A stretch of 64,000 nt of DNA from an uncultured Bacilli bacterium (GTDB taxonomy: Bacteria > Bacillota_I > Bacilli_A > RF39 > UBA660). The notes below the pieces were generated by a model. The model did not search any database, had not been told where the DNA came from, and was given only the letters and a program-made list of their open reading frames with translations. The position numbers and the translations under genes were made by a program. The stretch is from NCBI GenBank assembly GCA_949025205.1, contig CARMXJ010000002.1, forward strand, positions 48-64,047, read 5' to 3'. Of the stretch, positions 1 to 9,915 are shown one piece after another; the first letter of the stretch is position 1, and each line of letters opens with the position of its first letter.

Positions 1-1
1 G

Positions 2-514
2 TCTAATAAACCAAGAGGGGTAATTAGTGCTTCTTCAGATGATAAAAATAGAGTTACGGTTGTTTCTTTAATAGATACAGAGGAACGTATTTATCCGGTT
101 GGCAGGCTTGATTATGATACAACGGGTCTTCTTTTGTTAACAAATGATGGCGAACTTGCCAATCGTCTAATGCATCCAAGAAATGAAGTGGAAAAAATAT
201 ATATTGCTAAAATTGAAGGTGTTCTTTCACCAAGTGAATTTTATGAATTAAAAAAAGGAATTACGGTAGAAGGAAGAAAAGTAATTCCTACTCATTTGAA
301 GATACGTAAGACAACAGAAGATAGTCAAATTGTAGAAATAGGAATAGTAGAAGGTAGAAATCACATTGTTAAAAAAATTTTTGAAGAATTAAAACATCCG
401 GTTAGTAAATTAAAAAGAGAGCGTTATGCATTTTTAACTCTTGGTAACTTGAAATCAGGAGAGTATCGCGAACTTTCTTTAAAAGAAGTAAAAAAATTAT
501 ATAGTTTAAAATAA
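2..514 (+). CDS. RluB/RsuA-family pseudouridine synthase, 5'-truncated at the window edge
   Basis: The frame is open from nt 2. The translation ...GRLDYDTTGLLLLTNDGELANRLMHPRNEVEKIY matches the conserved catalytic-Asp motif region of RsuA/RluB pseudouridine synthases. The listed ORF 134-514 is only the part downstream of an internal Met. Confidence 0.8.
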   Translation, partial: SNKPRGVISASSDDKNRVTVVSLIDTEERIYPVGRLDYDTTGLLLLTNDGELANRLMHPRNEVEKIYIAKIEGVLSPSEFYELKKGITVEGRKVIPTHLKIRKTTEDSQIVEIGIVEGRNHIVKKIFEELKHPVSKLKRERYAFLTLGNLKSGEYRELSLKEVKKLYSLK

Positions 515-516
515 AA

Positions 517-545
517 AGGACACCGTTTTTGGTGTTCTCGTTTTC
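517..545. terminator. putative bidirectional stem-loop between convergent rluB-like and ferredoxin genes
   Basis: An 8-bp stem (aggacacc/ggtgttct including one G-U) with a 6-nt loop at 517-538, flanked by T-rich stretches on both strands. Confidence 0.35.
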
Positions 546-548
546 GCT

Positions 549-866
549 TTAAGCGGCTTCTTCCCCGTGGTGATGACATTCACATCCATCACATTCACAT
601 GCATCACAATTGCATTCATCGCAATCACAATTTTCTTCTTCAGTACTTTTCGTTGTTTTTTCATTTAGTTCTTCTTCTGTTTCTATTATTTCAATAGCAC
701 AAGTTGGACAAGATTCTATTGCATTTATTAGATTTTTGTTTTCGATATTCTCATTTGTAATAACACTTGACTTTCCTTCTTCATCAAATTCAAAATGTTC
801 TGGGTCAATAGCAACACAAGCGCCACAACCAATGCAGTTTTCTTTTTTTACGTTAATTTGTTTCAT
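549..866 (-). CDS. 4Fe-4S ferredoxin with Cys/His-rich acidic C-terminal extension
   Basis: CIGCGAC...CPTC cluster-binding motifs. The likely start is the ATG at 866, preceded by AGGAGATGA; the track ORF runs to 914. The C-terminal 45 aa are EEENCDCDECNCDACECDGCECHHHGEEAA. Confidence 0.8.
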   Translation of the reverse strand: MKQINVKKENCIGCGACVAIDPEHFEFDEEGKSSVITNENIENKNLINAIESCPTCAIEIIETEEELNEKTTKSTEEENCDCDECNCDACECDGCECHHHGEEAA

Positions 867-975
867 TTTTTCATCTCCTATATAGATTATACGTATAAGA
901 GTTTTAAAAATCAATTAAGATATTTGAAAAATGTAAAATCTATGATATCATGATAATGATAAGGTAGGTGATAAT

Positions 976-1860
976 ATGAGTTCTAGAATGGATAAGTATA
1001 AAGACAATCCAGAATTTCTTGGTTCAAGAGCTAGAAAAAATGAAGAGCTTTATCAAGAAATTATTTATGATGACTTGGATGATATCAATCTAGCTAGTAA
1101 TGCTCATGTTATCGGTGAAAATGACAAAAATATTGATATAGAAAAAATAAAAGAATTACTAGAAAAAACATATCCTTCTGAGCAAAAAAAAGCCCGTACC
1201 CCTAGACCTTTAAGTAGAGATTTGGAGCCTTTAGAAGTGGAAGAAGAGAATTATAATGAGGAAGAAGAAACAAAGGAATATGATATTAATGCTATTATCG
1301 AAAAAGCAAAACTAGATAAAGATATTGATTATGAAAGAGAGCGTTTAAAGAAAATTAGAGATACCCAATATGATATTTTAAAGGGACTAGATTTAGGAGA
1401 TGCAAAGGAAGAAGAACGTCCAAGTGTTGTTACGAGTCATAAAGACGATTTAATGAGTTTAATTAATACAATTACAGAAAAAGAATTGACAAGGGAAATG
1501 AATCCTTTGGATATTTTAACCGATTTAAAGGGGAGTGAAAATACAGTTGTTTTGGATGGTGTAAAAGAAGGGTTAGAAAAAGCAGATGCAAAAACTGACA
1601 TACAAAATTCTGTAAAAAATACAGTTAAAGATGCGGTTAAAGATACAGTAAAAGAAGAAGTAAAAAGAGAGATTGATAAAACATTTTATACAAATTCTAT
1701 GTCTTTTACCAAAAGCGATTTTGATGATTTTAATGATCTAAAAGAAGATATGGAATCGAATAAAATGCTAGTGCGTATTCTGCTTGTGATTGTTGCTATT
1801 GCTTTCATTGTAGGAATTGTTTTTTTAGCAAATCATATTTTTGATTTAAATTGGTTTTAA
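976..1860 (+). CDS. hypothetical acidic protein with C-terminal transmembrane anchor
   Basis: 294-aa ORF rich in E/K/D with a single hydrophobic segment at the extreme C-terminus (LVRILLVIVAIAFIVGIVFLANHIF). No recognisable catalytic motif. Confidence 0.5.
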   Translation: MSSRMDKYKDNPEFLGSRARKNEELYQEIIYDDLDDINLASNAHVIGENDKNIDIEKIKELLEKTYPSEQKKARTPRPLSRDLEPLEVEEENYNEEEETKEYDINAIIEKAKLDKDIDYERERLKKIRDTQYDILKGLDLGDAKEEERPSVVTSHKDDLMSLINTITEKELTREMNPLDILTDLKGSENTVVLDGVKEGLEKADAKTDIQNSVKNTVKDAVKDTVKEEVKREIDKTFYTNSMSFTKSDFDDFNDLKEDMESNKMLVRILLVIVAIAFIVGIVFLANHIFDLNWF

Positions 1861-1905
1861 AGCTAGAAAACTTCTTTTTTTTCTTTAAATTTATATATTT
1901 ATAAT

Positions 1906-2637
1906 ATGAGAACAAAAAAGAATAAAATACATTTAACAAACTATCAATTTTTTGGAATATGTTTATTTATTATTCTTTTTTTTAGTGGTTTCTTATTTGT
2001 AAAATTTAATAAAAAAGTGTCTCCTAATCTTTTAAGAGTAGCAGAAGCGAGCATTAATAAGCTAAACGAAACGATTTTAACGAATTACCGAGTAAAGGAT
2101 ATATATCCACAAGTGAATTTGGAAGAAGCTATTCGTATTACCAAAAATAACAAAGGAGAAATTATTAGTGTTGATTTTGCACTCGATAAAGTATATGAAG
2201 CGCTTTCAATTATTACTCAGTATCTCGAACAAAATTTAGAAGATGTAAATGTTCGCAAAAATATACTTGAGTATTATAACCAAGATTTGAGTTCTGGTTT
2301 AGAAAGTATTATTTTATCCATACCTATAGGCATTTCTAGTGATATGATTTATCTTGCTAATTTAGGCCCTAAAATTCCAGTAAAAGTAAGTTATATGGGA
2401 TATGTTGCTAGTTCAGTACGTATCAAAATAGAAGATTATGGAATTAATAATGCGCTTGTGTCTATTTTTATTGATGTTTCCATAACAAACGAATTTATTC
2501 TACCTGTTAAGAGCGAGAAAATTAACCATGAATATAGTATTTTAATCGCTTCTAAAATTATTCAAGGAATAGTACCTTCTTATTATGGTGGAGCAATTGA
2601 AACAAAAAGTAACATATTAAATGTTCCTATAAATTAA
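1906..2637 (+). CDS. YunB-like sporulation protein (putative)
   Basis: N-terminal TM helix followed by a domain resembling B. subtilis YunB. The neighbouring YutD- and NifU-like genes reproduce B. subtilis yun/yut synteny. Confidence 0.5.
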   Translation: MRTKKNKIHLTNYQFFGICLFIILFFSGFLFVKFNKKVSPNLLRVAEASINKLNETILTNYRVKDIYPQVNLEEAIRITKNNKGEIISVDFALDKVYEALSIITQYLEQNLEDVNVRKNILEYYNQDLSSGLESIILSIPIGISSDMIYLANLGPKIPVKVSYMGYVASSVRIKIEDYGINNALVSIFIDVSITNEFILPVKSEKINHEYSILIASKIIQGIVPSYYGGAIETKSNILNVPIN

Positions 2638-2674
2638 ATTTTGTGTTATACTTTAGTTACAGTAGGTGAGGAAT

Positions 2675-3502
2675 ATGGAAGGTACAATATTTATAAATGA
2701 AGCATTGCATACAGCAATAACGAATTATTTGAAGTTTAAAAATTATCCAAGTCGAGCTGAGTTTCATTCTTTTTTTGTTATCGTGGTACGAGCATTAAAT
2801 GCAATATACGGAGAGTTAGATATTGAAAATCCTTATCGAACCAATAATGAGAGAGGGTTTGATACAAATCTAAAAAAATTTGGCTTTTCTGATGCAAAAT
2901 TACAAGATTTTAAGAACCAAATGCAATTGTATTTTCAAAATGGAAACGATATTTCCATTTGTAAAGATGCATTTTTAAATATTCAAAAGCTTTTAATTGA
3001 AATGTTCGCCTTACGTAAAAGTCAAGTCGCCGTAACAGAAGAAGAAATTGCACAATTTAAAAGTTTGCTTTATACAAGATATGATACAATACCTGCTAAA
3101 GCCTCTCTTTATAATAAATTGACTCCTAATTCTGATGAAGTTCTGCATTATTTTAATAGTAAGTTATTTGAAGTACAACATAAATTTGTATTTACAGAAT
3201 ATAAAGATATTGCTCTTAGTTCAGAAGCTTATCAACTGGCTGGTTTTAATGCAGTGGAAGTTATGAATATGAAAGATGAAGAAATTGAAAATATTAACAA
3301 TAAAGTTTATCATTTTTTTCGAATTAAAGATACAGATTTAAATAAAAGAAATCGTTTGCAAGATGCTATCAATTATTATAAAAAGTATGGAAATACGATT
3401 ACGACTGGAAATGGATATGTAGATTTACTTCTTTTATTAAGCTTTATTGCAACAGGGCTTATGCTTGTTGTACTTATTGCTATTCAATTTATGAGGTTTT
3501 AA
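2675..3502 (+). CDS. hypothetical protein with C-terminal TM segment
   Basis: ORF with a GGTGA RBS before the ATG at 2675; the track starts at the GTG at 2666. C-terminal hydrophobic helix; no recognised domain. Confidence 0.45.
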   Translation: MEGTIFINEALHTAITNYLKFKNYPSRAEFHSFFVIVVRALNAIYGELDIENPYRTNNERGFDTNLKKFGFSDAKLQDFKNQMQLYFQNGNDISICKDAFLNIQKLLIEMFALRKSQVAVTEEEIAQFKSLLYTRYDTIPAKASLYNKLTPNSDEVLHYFNSKLFEVQHKFVFTEYKDIALSSEAYQLAGFNAVEVMNMKDEEIENINNKVYHFFRIKDTDLNKRNRLQDAINYYKKYGNTITTGNGYVDLLLLLSFIATGLMLVVLIAIQFMRF

Positions 3503-3503
3503 A

Positions 3504-3788
3504 ATGGAAGTTGTTATAAACGATATTAAATATAATGTCGATAGAAATGTAAAGGATGCTTTAAATACTACAGAACTTGAAGAAAAGTTGACAGACTATT
3601 TTGAAGGATTTGATTATATTTTGGGAGACTATGCTTATGGGAAATTGCGCTTAAAAGGGTTTAATGATAAAGAAAATAAAAATTTTAAACCTATAAATGA
3701 TATAAAAACACTAGATGATTACATTTCAAATTACTGTGCGTTTGAATGTCGTTATTTTGTTATTTCTAAAGTCAAAGGCTTGAAATAA
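3504..3788 (+). CDS. YutD-like (DUF1027) small protein
   Basis: 94 aa with GDYAYGKLRLKGF and CAFECRYFVI motifs, which are typical of the YutD family. Confidence 0.55.
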   Translation: MEVVINDIKYNVDRNVKDALNTTELEEKLTDYFEGFDYILGDYAYGKLRLKGFNDKENKNFKPINDIKTLDDYISNYCAFECRYFVISKVKGLK

Positions 3789-3835
3789 CTTTTTTTATTT
3801 GTTATAATATTTATTAGAATAGCGAGGAATGTTTT

Positions 3836-4951
3836 ATGGCAAAAATAATTGATATTAATCGTCCTAGTGGTCAAGTAAAAGGAGAATTGATTACCGCTTA
3901 TCAAAGAACAGGAACAGATGGCTCTTCCATTGTAGTCCTTAATACTGGTAGAAAAGAAGGAGAAAATACAGTTGTGGGTGTAAGTCGCAAGAAAATGGGA
4001 GAAGATACTTTTCAAAATATTGTAGATATGGAAGAGTGGAAAAACGCAAAAAAAGATTTAGTGACTCTTTTAAAAGGGAAAGAAGTAGAAGAAGGTCTTT
4101 CTTATTTAAATATTGAAGTCCCCATTCAAATGACAGAAGATGGGCAACATGAGATAGCTTTGAGAAAAGATAATTATGATGCTTTAGCTACAAATTACGA
4201 AAAAGCATTTAATTCATTGAGAGAAGTGCAAAACGTTTCTGTTGTTCCAGAAAGTGAACAAATAAAAGTTAGCCCGGAAGTTTCTTCTATAATGGATGCT
4301 CCAAGTGTTGCACCAGTGTCTATTCAACCAGAGGCAAATCCATTTGAAAATGTTATTCAACCGATGCCAAAAGTTTCTCCTTTAAATGAACAAGTTGCTT
4401 TTCAAGATATTGTTCCACCAAGCGATTTAAATGTTCAAATGACTAGTGAAACTCCTAGTATGGAACCAGTACAAATGGTATCTCCTATGCCAGAGGTAAA
4501 TCCAATAGTACAAGACATTGTCCAAGTGCCTAATATGGAAAATAATGAAGAGTTAGCAGCTAATATAACTAGTGCGCAAGACACAAGCAATACCAATTCT
4601 GCCGTTGTCAATTCTTATTTAGAAAAATCCAATCATTTAATGAATCGTTTAGATGGGAAAAAAGAAGAGATTGATAACACTATTGTTTTATTCAACGAAC
4701 AAATTAAAGAGATTAATAACACTATTGTTTTATTAAGCAAACAAATTAAAGAAACTCATGAAATTTATGATGATTTTTGTCCAGTTGTAAAAGAGGGCTG
4801 TGAATATCATAATTTAGCAGGTGAAACTTTGAATAAAGTACAAGAATTTCAAGCTATGACTTCAATGCCAGGCTTTATACCTCAAGATAATAATATTGTA
4901 AATCTTCCCAGTAGCAAAGAAGAATCTATTTCACAAGGAAGAGCAGCTTAA
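3836..4951 (+). CDS. hypothetical protein
   Basis: 371-aa ORF with an RBS. It contains an internal 14-aa tandem repeat (IDNTIVLFNEQIKE/INNTIVLLSKQIKE) encoded by a 42-nt direct repeat near 4670-4760. Confidence 0.55.
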   Translation: MAKIIDINRPSGQVKGELITAYQRTGTDGSSIVVLNTGRKEGENTVVGVSRKKMGEDTFQNIVDMEEWKNAKKDLVTLLKGKEVEEGLSYLNIEVPIQMTEDGQHEIALRKDNYDALATNYEKAFNSLREVQNVSVVPESEQIKVSPEVSSIMDAPSVAPVSIQPEANPFENVIQPMPKVSPLNEQVAFQDIVPPSDLNVQMTSETPSMEPVQMVSPMPEVNPIVQDIVQVPNMENNEELAANITSAQDTSNTNSAVVNSYLEKSNHLMNRLDGKKEEIDNTIVLFNEQIKEINNTIVLLSKQIKETHEIYDDFCPVVKEGCEYHNLAGETLNKVQEFQAMTSMPGFIPQDNNIVNLPSSKEESISQGRAA

Positions 4952-4994
4952 GCATAATGCTTAGGCTTTTTTAATACAATTTAGTAGTGATAAT

Positions 4995-5933
4995 ATGATA
5001 GAGCTACTAAATTTTTTTTATAATATGAATGATATAAAAGTAATGGAGGAAAAAAAGTGCCAAACCTTTTTTCTTTTTCAGGAACGAAAATATTTACTAA
5101 CAGAATATGGCAGAAGTGATAGCGAATTTGAAGAACTACTTTCCTTAAATCAAGAACTTATTCAAAAAAATCTTCCTACTTCAAGGTTTGTTTTAAATAA
5201 TCAAAATTCTTTTCTTTCTTTATATAAAGATAAAAAATATGTTTTGTTAGAGCTTGTAAACCCTATAGATAAAGAATACAATGTTCTTGATATGGTAAGT
5301 TTTGCAGATAGGATAGTCGTAAGTAGTAAAAAAAGTATATTAATTCGTAACCGATGGGCAGAACTTTGGAGTTCTAAAGTTGATTATTTTGAATACCAAA
5401 TAAGGCAGCTTGGAAAAGACAAACCCATTATTTTAAATAGTTTTAGTTATTATATAGGCCTTGCAGAGAATGCTATTTGCTATGTTAATAATACGACAAA
5501 GAACTATCAACCTAATATCAATGAACGAATTACTTTACAGAGGAAGAGAGTCGCATTTCCAAATATGCAAATGGATTATTTTAATCCTTTAAATTATGTC
5601 ATTGATATAGAAGTTAGGGATGTTGCTTCCTATTTTAAATCTTTGTTTTTCAATTCTTATGAAGATTTGTTTATTGAAGTAAATGCTTATTTGAAAAGAA
5701 AACGTTTAGGAATTTATGGTTATCAACTTTTGTATGCAAGACTTCTTTATCCTAGTTTTTATTTTGATATATATGAAAAAGTGATGGAAGGGGAGGAAGA
5801 AGAAAGTGCTTTGCTTCCTATTATTAACAAAGTAAATGATTATGAATACTTTTTAAAGGATATGTACTATCTTTTGTCTAAATATGCTCCAATTGAGAAA
5901 GTAGATTGGATTGTCAATAAAAAAGAATTATAA
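4995..5933 (+). CDS. CotS/YutH-like spore-coat-kinase-fold protein (putative, catalytic motif degenerate)
   Basis: Aminoglycoside-phosphotransferase/CotS-like N-terminal region and a D-x-x-x-x-D-containing C-terminal region (YVIDIEVRDVA). Its position between yutD-like and nifU-like genes mirrors B. subtilis yutH. Confidence 0.4.
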   Translation: MIELLNFFYNMNDIKVMEEKKCQTFFLFQERKYLLTEYGRSDSEFEELLSLNQELIQKNLPTSRFVLNNQNSFLSLYKDKKYVLLELVNPIDKEYNVLDMVSFADRIVVSSKKSILIRNRWAELWSSKVDYFEYQIRQLGKDKPIILNSFSYYIGLAENAICYVNNTTKNYQPNINERITLQRKRVAFPNMQMDYFNPLNYVIDIEVRDVASYFKSLFFNSYEDLFIEVNAYLKRKRLGIYGYQLLYARLLYPSFYFDIYEKVMEGEEEESALLPIINKVNDYEYFLKDMYYLLSKYAPIEKVDWIVNKKEL

Positions 5934-6152
5934 TTCTACGTTTATAATTCCTTCAATTTCTTCTACTTCTTCTTGCAACATGGCTAGTATATAATTTTTA
6001 AGTGTAAAGTCTTGTCCAGCACATTCTAGACAATGTCCTTTTAACTTTACGTAAACATATTTGTCTTCGTATTTTACAAATTCAATGTCTCCACCGTCCA
6101 TATTGAGATAGGGTCTCATTTCTTCAATTAATTCTTTTATTTTTTCTTCCAT
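5928..6152 (-). CDS. NifU-like (Nfu C-terminal domain) Fe-S assembly protein
   Basis: MRPYLNMDGGDIEFV...GHCLECAGQDFTLK is the classic Nfu/NifU C-terminal CxxC domain. The start was chosen at the ATG preceded by GGTGA; the track ORF extends to 6170. Confidence 0.7.
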   Translation of the reverse strand: MEEKIKELIEEMRPYLNMDGGDIEFVKYEDKYVYVKLKGHCLECAGQDFTLKNYILAMLQEEVEEIEGIINVEL

Positions 6153-6236
6153 AAGAATCACCATGTTCATTATAGCAAATCTTTAAAATAAAAGGAAAGA
6201 AATGTGTTATAATGAAAATGGTTAGGTAGTGATGTC

Positions 6237-6596
6237 ATGTCTAGTTTTCAAATTGGGGATATTATTGAAGGCTCTGTTACGGGCATTTCTAGTTATGGAA
6301 TTTTTATTCGTGTCAATGAAATTTATACTGGACTTATACACATTTCAGAGATTTCTAATTATTTTGTTAAAAGTATTTTAGATTATGTATCGATTGGAGA
6401 AGAAATATTATGTGAAGTTATGGATGTGGATGAAGAGGAAAAACACCTAAAATTATCGATAAAAAATATTAATTATAAATTGGTTCCTAGATATGGCAAG
6501 ATAAAAGATACTAAAACAGGGTTTAAACCTTTACAAATGAAATTGCCAGTTTGGATTCGAGAAAAGTTAGAAGAAATAGAAGAAACATCTGATTAA
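6237..6596 (+). CDS. S1 RNA-binding domain protein (YugI/GSP13-like)
   Basis: IGDIIEGSVTGISSYGIFIRV...GLIHISEIS is a canonical S1 domain. Confidence 0.7.
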   Translation: MSSFQIGDIIEGSVTGISSYGIFIRVNEIYTGLIHISEISNYFVKSILDYVSIGEEILCEVMDVDEEEKHLKLSIKNINYKLVPRYGKIKDTKTGFKPLQMKLPVWIREKLEEIEETSD

Positions 6597-6677
6597 GATG
6601 TTTTTGTAAACTATTTTTTATTTTTATTTTTAAGTGGTTTTTATTTGTGTATAATATTTATAGAGGAGTGCATTTTT

Positions 6678-7556
6678 ATGAAGAAAAGGAAATTGAAGAA
6701 AATTGTTTATTTGCTATTATTTCTATTTTGCTTCGTTTTAGTTTTTTTGTTTTTTAAATTGGGAAGGAAAGTAGAGGTAAAAGAAGACAGTCCAAACGAA
6801 GAGACTAAAACACAAGAGGTGGTAAATCCACAAGAGGACCCATTTGTTACAGCTTTAAAAAAAGAAAAATATTATATTGAAGATTATTTGGAACGTTATT
6901 TAAGTTATTCACAAGATAAAGATATTTCTGCAAGTGTTGCGATTCGAAATGTGAATTCTAATTTAGATAGAGAAATGTATACCGATACTGAACAAACCGA
7001 TATAAGTGTGGGAAATTTAATGTTAGTAAATAAGTATTATTATTTAACAGAAGATTTTGAGCCAGATGATTTGGTTACTTTAAATGCAAAATATAATAGT
7101 GGTGCTAATAGTAAGATGCGCAAAGAAGCAGCGGAACATTTTATGGAAATGTCTGATGCAGCTCTTTTGGATAATATTTCTATTAAAAATGCATCAGGAT
7201 ATCGTAGTTATACTTACCAAGTTGGTTTGTATAATCGTTATGTACAAAGGGATGGAAAAGAAGCGGCAGATACGTATTCAGCAAGACCAGGGTATTCGGA
7301 ACATCAAACGGGGTTAGTTTCTGATATTAATATTGTGGATGATAGTTTTGAAAAGACTCCTGCTTTTCGTTGGTTACAAGAAAATGCCTATAAGTATGGT
7401 TTTATTTTAAGGTTTCCTAAAGATAAGGAATACATTACGGGATATAAGTACGAGTCTTGGCATTATCGATATGTGGGAGTAGAAGTTGCTAAACAAATGC
7501 ATGAGGAGGATCTAACTTTAGAAGAGTATTATGCCTATTATGTACGAAATAAATAA
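6678..7556 (+). CDS. VanY/M15B-family D-alanyl-D-alanine carboxypeptidase, membrane-anchored
   Basis: N-terminal TM. SEHQTGLVSDI and ESWHYRYVG motifs match zinc D,D-carboxypeptidase M15B. An AGGAG RBS precedes the ATG at 6678. Confidence 0.75.
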   Translation: MKKRKLKKIVYLLLFLFCFVLVFLFFKLGRKVEVKEDSPNEETKTQEVVNPQEDPFVTALKKEKYYIEDYLERYLSYSQDKDISASVAIRNVNSNLDREMYTDTEQTDISVGNLMLVNKYYYLTEDFEPDDLVTLNAKYNSGANSKMRKEAAEHFMEMSDAALLDNISIKNASGYRSYTYQVGLYNRYVQRDGKEAADTYSARPGYSEHQTGLVSDINIVDDSFEKTPAFRWLQENAYKYGFILRFPKDKEYITGYKYESWHYRYVGVEVAKQMHEEDLTLEEYYAYYVRNK

Positions 7557-7563
7557 AAAAATG

Positions 7564-7589
7564 GAGTGTTAAAAACACTCTATTTATAT
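7564..7589 (+). terminator. putative rho-independent terminator after the VanY-like gene
   Basis: gagtgtt/aacactc 7-bp stem followed by a T-rich tract. Confidence 0.35.
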
Positions 7590-7817
7590 AAAATTTTAAT
7601 TATTATTTTTGGAACTTTAATATAAAAGAAATCCACCTAACTCATTCACATTGATTTAGGTGGTAACTAATTAAATGGCAACACTCAACAGGGCATATTG
7701 AATGTTCCTTTTTTATTTTATGCAAGTTTCCTTGACATATTCATAGTAACATAAAAACGACTTTTTGACAAGTCGCTATACTATTTCAACTCAAAAAGTT
7801 CGAGTTTCCTTTTAATC

Positions 7818-7893
<76 letters not shown>

Positions 7894-7898
7894 ATAAA

Positions 7899-7975
7899 TG
7901 GCGGTCCCGAAGGGATTTGAACCCTCGATCTTCTGCGTGACAGGCAGACGTGATAGACCGCTACACTACGGGACC
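7899..7975 (-). tRNA. tRNA-Asp (GTC)
   Basis: Anticodon stem-loop TCTGC-CTGTCAC-GCAGA; acceptor GGTCCCG...CGGGACC-G-CCA. Confidence 0.85.
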
Positions 7976-7979
7976 AATT

Positions 7980-8056
<77 letters not shown>

Positions 8057-8072
8057 ATAACTAAAAAATTAA

Positions 8073-8165
8073 TGGCGGAGGAAAAGGGATTCGAACCCCT
8101 GCGCCGCTTGCGCGACCTATCGGTTTTCAAGACCGGTCCCTTCAGCCAGACTTGGGTATTCCTCC
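8073..8165 (-). tRNA. tRNA-Ser (TGA)
   Basis: 93 nt with a long variable arm, anticodon loop CTTGAAA, acceptor GGAGGAA/TTCCTCC-G-CCA. Confidence 0.8.
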
Positions 8166-8308
8166 AGCGACAAACTGATTATATCATAGGACTTTTTTAT
8201 GTGTCAACCGAAAAAATTGGCATTTTATCGTTTTTAGCAAAAAAAGCTTGATTATTTTATTTTTTAATATTATACTTAAAGAGTCTTATATATTTAAGAC
8301 AGTGCCAT

Positions 8309-8397
8309 GCCCAAGTGGCGGAATAGGTAGACGCACAGGACTTAAAATCCTGCGGGTGTTAAAACCCGTGCCGGTTCAAGTCCGGCCTTGGGCACCA
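8309..8397 (+). tRNA. tRNA-Leu (TAA)
   Basis: 89 nt, anticodon stem-loop CAGGA-CTTAAAA-TCCTG, long variable arm, T-arm GCCGG...CCGGC, CCA encoded. The track ORFs 8248-8445 and 8359-8568 overlap it and are spurious. Confidence 0.85.
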
Positions 8398-8457
8398 ATT
8401 TGTTATAATCCTCGTTTTGGCGAGGTTTTCTTTTGGAAATTTTAGAGGAGTGAAAAA

Positions 8458-9867
8458 ATGAAAAAAACAAAAATTATATGTAGTATAGGGCCATCTACCC
8501 AAAATTGGGAAAATTTTAAAGGACTCGTAGAAGCGGGTATGAATGTTGCTCGTATCAATTTTTCTCATGCTACTTTAGAAGAAAGAGCGATAGATGAAGA
8601 TTTGGTAAAAAGAGCAAATGAGGAATTAGGAGCTAATATTGCAATACTTTATGATACAAAAGGACCAGATTTAAGAACCTGTAGTTTTGAAGGAGATACG
8701 ATTGAATTAGTTGCTGGAGAAAAAATTCGAATTGTTGAAGAAGATATTGTTGGCAATAAAGAAGCAATTTGTTTTAATTACCGGGGTGTGGTAAAAGATT
8801 TAAAAGAAGGCATGACTGTCTTACTGGATGATGGATTTTATAAGCTAGTTGTTGAAAGTGAAGATAGCGATGGTGGTGTTACTTGTAAGATTATGAACAG
8901 TGGTGTAATTAAAAGTCGTCGTGGAGTATGTATTCCAGGCATAAAATTAAATGTTCCTTATGTAAGTGAACAAGATAAAGAAGATATCAAATATGCCTGT
9001 TGCAAAGATGGAGATTTCTTAGCCATTTCTTTTGTAAATAGTGCAGAAAATATTCGAGAAGTTAGAGCTTTATGCAAAGAATATGGAAAACCTAATATGC
9101 CCATTATTTCAAAAGTGGAAACACAATATGCGATGGATAATTTAGATGAAATTGTAGAAGAAACAGATTATGTAATGATAGCTCGTGGTGATTTGGGAAT
9201 TGAAACAGGTGTTGAAAATTTACCACTTTACCAACAAATGATGATTTCAAAATGCCGTGAAAAAGGGAAAGGCGTTATTATGGCTACTCAAATGATGTCT
9301 AGTATGAAAACCAATATTAGACCTACGAATGCTGAGGTTACAGATGTTGCCAATGCGGTCTTAGCTGGTTGTGATGCTGTTATGACTAGTGATGAAACAA
9401 CCATGGGAAAATATCCTGTAGAAACGATAAGAAGTATGGCAGAAATTTGTGAAAGCGTTGAAAGTTATTATCAATATGATTATCGTTATGATAAAAAAGA
9501 AGTTAAAGATATAACCACCATTATCGCAAGAAGTGTTGTAGCTGCAAGTAATGAAATCGAATCAAAAGTAATTGTTACGGCTTCTATGTCTGGATATACT
9601 GCAAAACAAATTAGTAATTTAAGACCAAATGCTTTTGTTTTGGCTATGGTACCTGATGTGAAAGTTTCTAAATCTTTAAACTTAAGATATGGCGTTTGTC
9701 CAGTTGTAACTCAAAAATATAATTCAACAGACGAATTAATAAATGATGCTAAAGTGCATGCTAAAAAATTTATAGGGGAAGCAGAAAATCATAATATTTT
9801 AATTGCTGGAGGATTTCCAAATACGGGTGTTCATATGACAAACTTTATGAAAATAGAAGAAATTTAA
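8458..9867 (+). CDS. pyk: pyruvate kinase
   Basis: MKKTKIICSIGPST...ARINFSHA and full-length similarity to the pyruvate kinase barrel and C-terminal domain. Confidence 0.95.
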   Translation: MKKTKIICSIGPSTQNWENFKGLVEAGMNVARINFSHATLEERAIDEDLVKRANEELGANIAILYDTKGPDLRTCSFEGDTIELVAGEKIRIVEEDIVGNKEAICFNYRGVVKDLKEGMTVLLDDGFYKLVVESEDSDGGVTCKIMNSGVIKSRRGVCIPGIKLNVPYVSEQDKEDIKYACCKDGDFLAISFVNSAENIREVRALCKEYGKPNMPIISKVETQYAMDNLDEIVEETDYVMIARGDLGIETGVENLPLYQQMMISKCREKGKGVIMATQMMSSMKTNIRPTNAEVTDVANAVLAGCDAVMTSDETTMGKYPVETIRSMAEICESVESYYQYDYRYDKKEVKDITTIIARSVVAASNEIESKVIVTASMSGYTAKQISNLRPNAFVLAMVPDVKVSKSLNLRYGVCPVVTQKYNSTDELINDAKVHAKKFIGEAENHNILIAGGFPNTGVHMTNFMKIEEI

Positions 9868-9890
9868 ACGGAGTAACTCCGTTTTTTTTA
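9868..9890. terminator. bidirectional rho-independent terminator (pyk / convergent minus-strand gene)
   Basis: cggagt-aa-ctccg hairpin followed by T8, with an A-run on the other strand. Confidence 0.7.
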
Positions 9891-9915
9891 TAAAAAAATA
9901 AAACTTGAAAAAGTT

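Noticed and set aside
610-885. 91-aa + strand ORF
   Set aside because: It lies entirely antisense to the ferredoxin CDS, is low-complexity S/F-rich and has no RBS, so it is a shadow ORF.
8248-8568. Two small overlapping ORFs (8248-8445 +, 8359-8568 -)
   Set aside because: They overlap tRNA-Leu and its flanks. tRNA-like sequence often yields spurious ORFs.
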